Shown here in pieces: positions 63,286 through 64,000 of a stretch of DNA of 64,000 nucleotides. The stretch is from an uncultured Gammaproteobacteria bacterium (lineage in GTDB: Bacteria; Patescibacteriota; Patescibacteriia; SG8-24), in assembly GCA_964407925.1 (NCBI GenBank), contig CAYOXM010000002.1, forward strand, positions 1,046 to 65,045, in the 5' to 3' direction. The number at the start of each line of letters is the position of its first letter. Within the stretch, counting starts at the first letter, position 1. Below the pieces are notes generated by a model that had not been told where the DNA came from, made no database searches, and saw only the letters and a program-made list of their open reading frames with translations. The position numbers and the translations under genes are program-made.

Positions 63286-64000
63286 TATGGACGCCCCCGT
63301 GACGGACGGCAACCTCCCCGGCGCGCGGCTCAGGCCCGTGCTCGCCTTCGACGGCGACTGCGCCTTCTGCCGCGCGTGGATCGGGCATTGGCGGAACATG
63401 ACCGGCGACGCCGTCGAGTACGCCCCGAGCAGTGAAGTCGCGGCGCGATTCCCGCACGTGCCGCGGAAGGCGTTCGACGACGCCGTGCAGCTCGTGCTGC
63501 CGGACGGGACGGTGTCGAGCGGCGCGCACGCGGTGCTCCGGACGCTCGACATCGGCGGAAAGCCGTTCGGCCTATGGTGCTACCGTCGCGTCCCGTTTTT
63601 CGCCGCGGCGAGCGAGGCGGCGTACCGGTTCATCGCGCGCCGGCGCCCGCTCGCCTTCACGGTGACGCGCCTGCTTTGGGGCAGGGACATCGGGGGCGGC
63701 GGCGTGCGTCTGACGCGATGGCTCCTGCTGGCGCTCCTCGCCGCGACGTACGCGATCGCTTTTCTTTCGCTCTCCTCCCAAATCGTCGGACTCGTCGGCG
63801 AAAACGGCGTCCTGCCCGTCGGCAATTTTCTCGCCGCGGTCGGCGGACGCTTCGGTGCGGAAAAATACTGGTTCTTCCCGACCCTCGCCTGGCTCGTGCA
63901 CGGCGACGGCGCGCTCAAGGCGATGACGCTCGCCGGTGCGGCCTCGGCCGTCCTCGCCGCGGTCGGCGTCTGGCAAGTCGGAACCTTCGCGCTCTGCTGG
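63286..64000 (+). CDS. DCC-family thiol-disulfide oxidoreductase (DUF393) N-terminal domain fused to an HTTM-like membrane domain; the 3' end is truncated by the window edge.
   Basis: FDGDCAFCRAW (DCC CxxC motif), followed after ~130 aa by hydrophobic helices; no stop before position 64000. Confidence 0.55.

Noticed and set aside
1-64000. Search for CRISPR arrays, transposases, integrases, and phage structural or rRNA/tRNA genes
   Set aside because: No direct-repeat/spacer arrays, no DDE/serine/tyrosine recombinase motifs, and no rRNA-like or tRNA-like structures were found by eye. The only repeats are the intragenic tandem duplications reported above.

Overview
The window is a high-GC (~65-70%), gene-dense stretch of bacterial chromosome carrying about 71 protein-coding genes. 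I found no rRNA or tRNA genes, no CRISPR arrays and no transposase or integrase genes. Most genes lack a Shine-Dalgarno sequence. Many instead have a TGnTATACT-type extended -10 element ending 6-8 nt before the ATG, which suggests leaderless mRNAs, and GC-clamp intrinsic terminators (often bidirectional) sit between nearly every transcription unit. Recognisable housekeeping and metabolic genes include engB, two msrB copies (one exported, one cytoplasmic), a HIT protein, HU, greA, gdhA, a eukaryote-type NADP-isocitrate dehydrogenase divergent from aconitase A, nirK, phhA, pepF, uppP, rsmE, an ECF sigma/anti-sigma pair and two orphan sensor histidine kinases. Several secreted proteins carry an N-terminal repeat domain that I recognise from Parcubacteria/CPR-like exported proteins; the lineage assignment is an inference, not a result. 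The most unusual loci are listed here. (1) A minus-strand cassette at 44054-46853 centred on a ~755-aa protein whose C-terminus has a PI3K/PI4K-like catalytic signature (DRHxxN...IDNG). (2) A membrane-anchored protein with a lysyl-oxidase copper/LTQ-site motif (W..CHGHYH), translationally coupled to a PAS-domain membrane protein, at 49433-51864. (3) A membrane-anchored protein with seven DnaJ-CR-type CxxC zinc-finger motifs, followed by a degenerate diadenylate-cyclase (DAC)-domain protein, at 3071-4560. (4) A membrane-anchored NirK followed by a BNR beta-propeller protein. (5) A near-identical ~150-nt tandem repeat inside a secreted-protein gene at 40292-40633. Functional calls rest on motif-level recognition from the translated ORFs, not on searches, and are marked accordingly.
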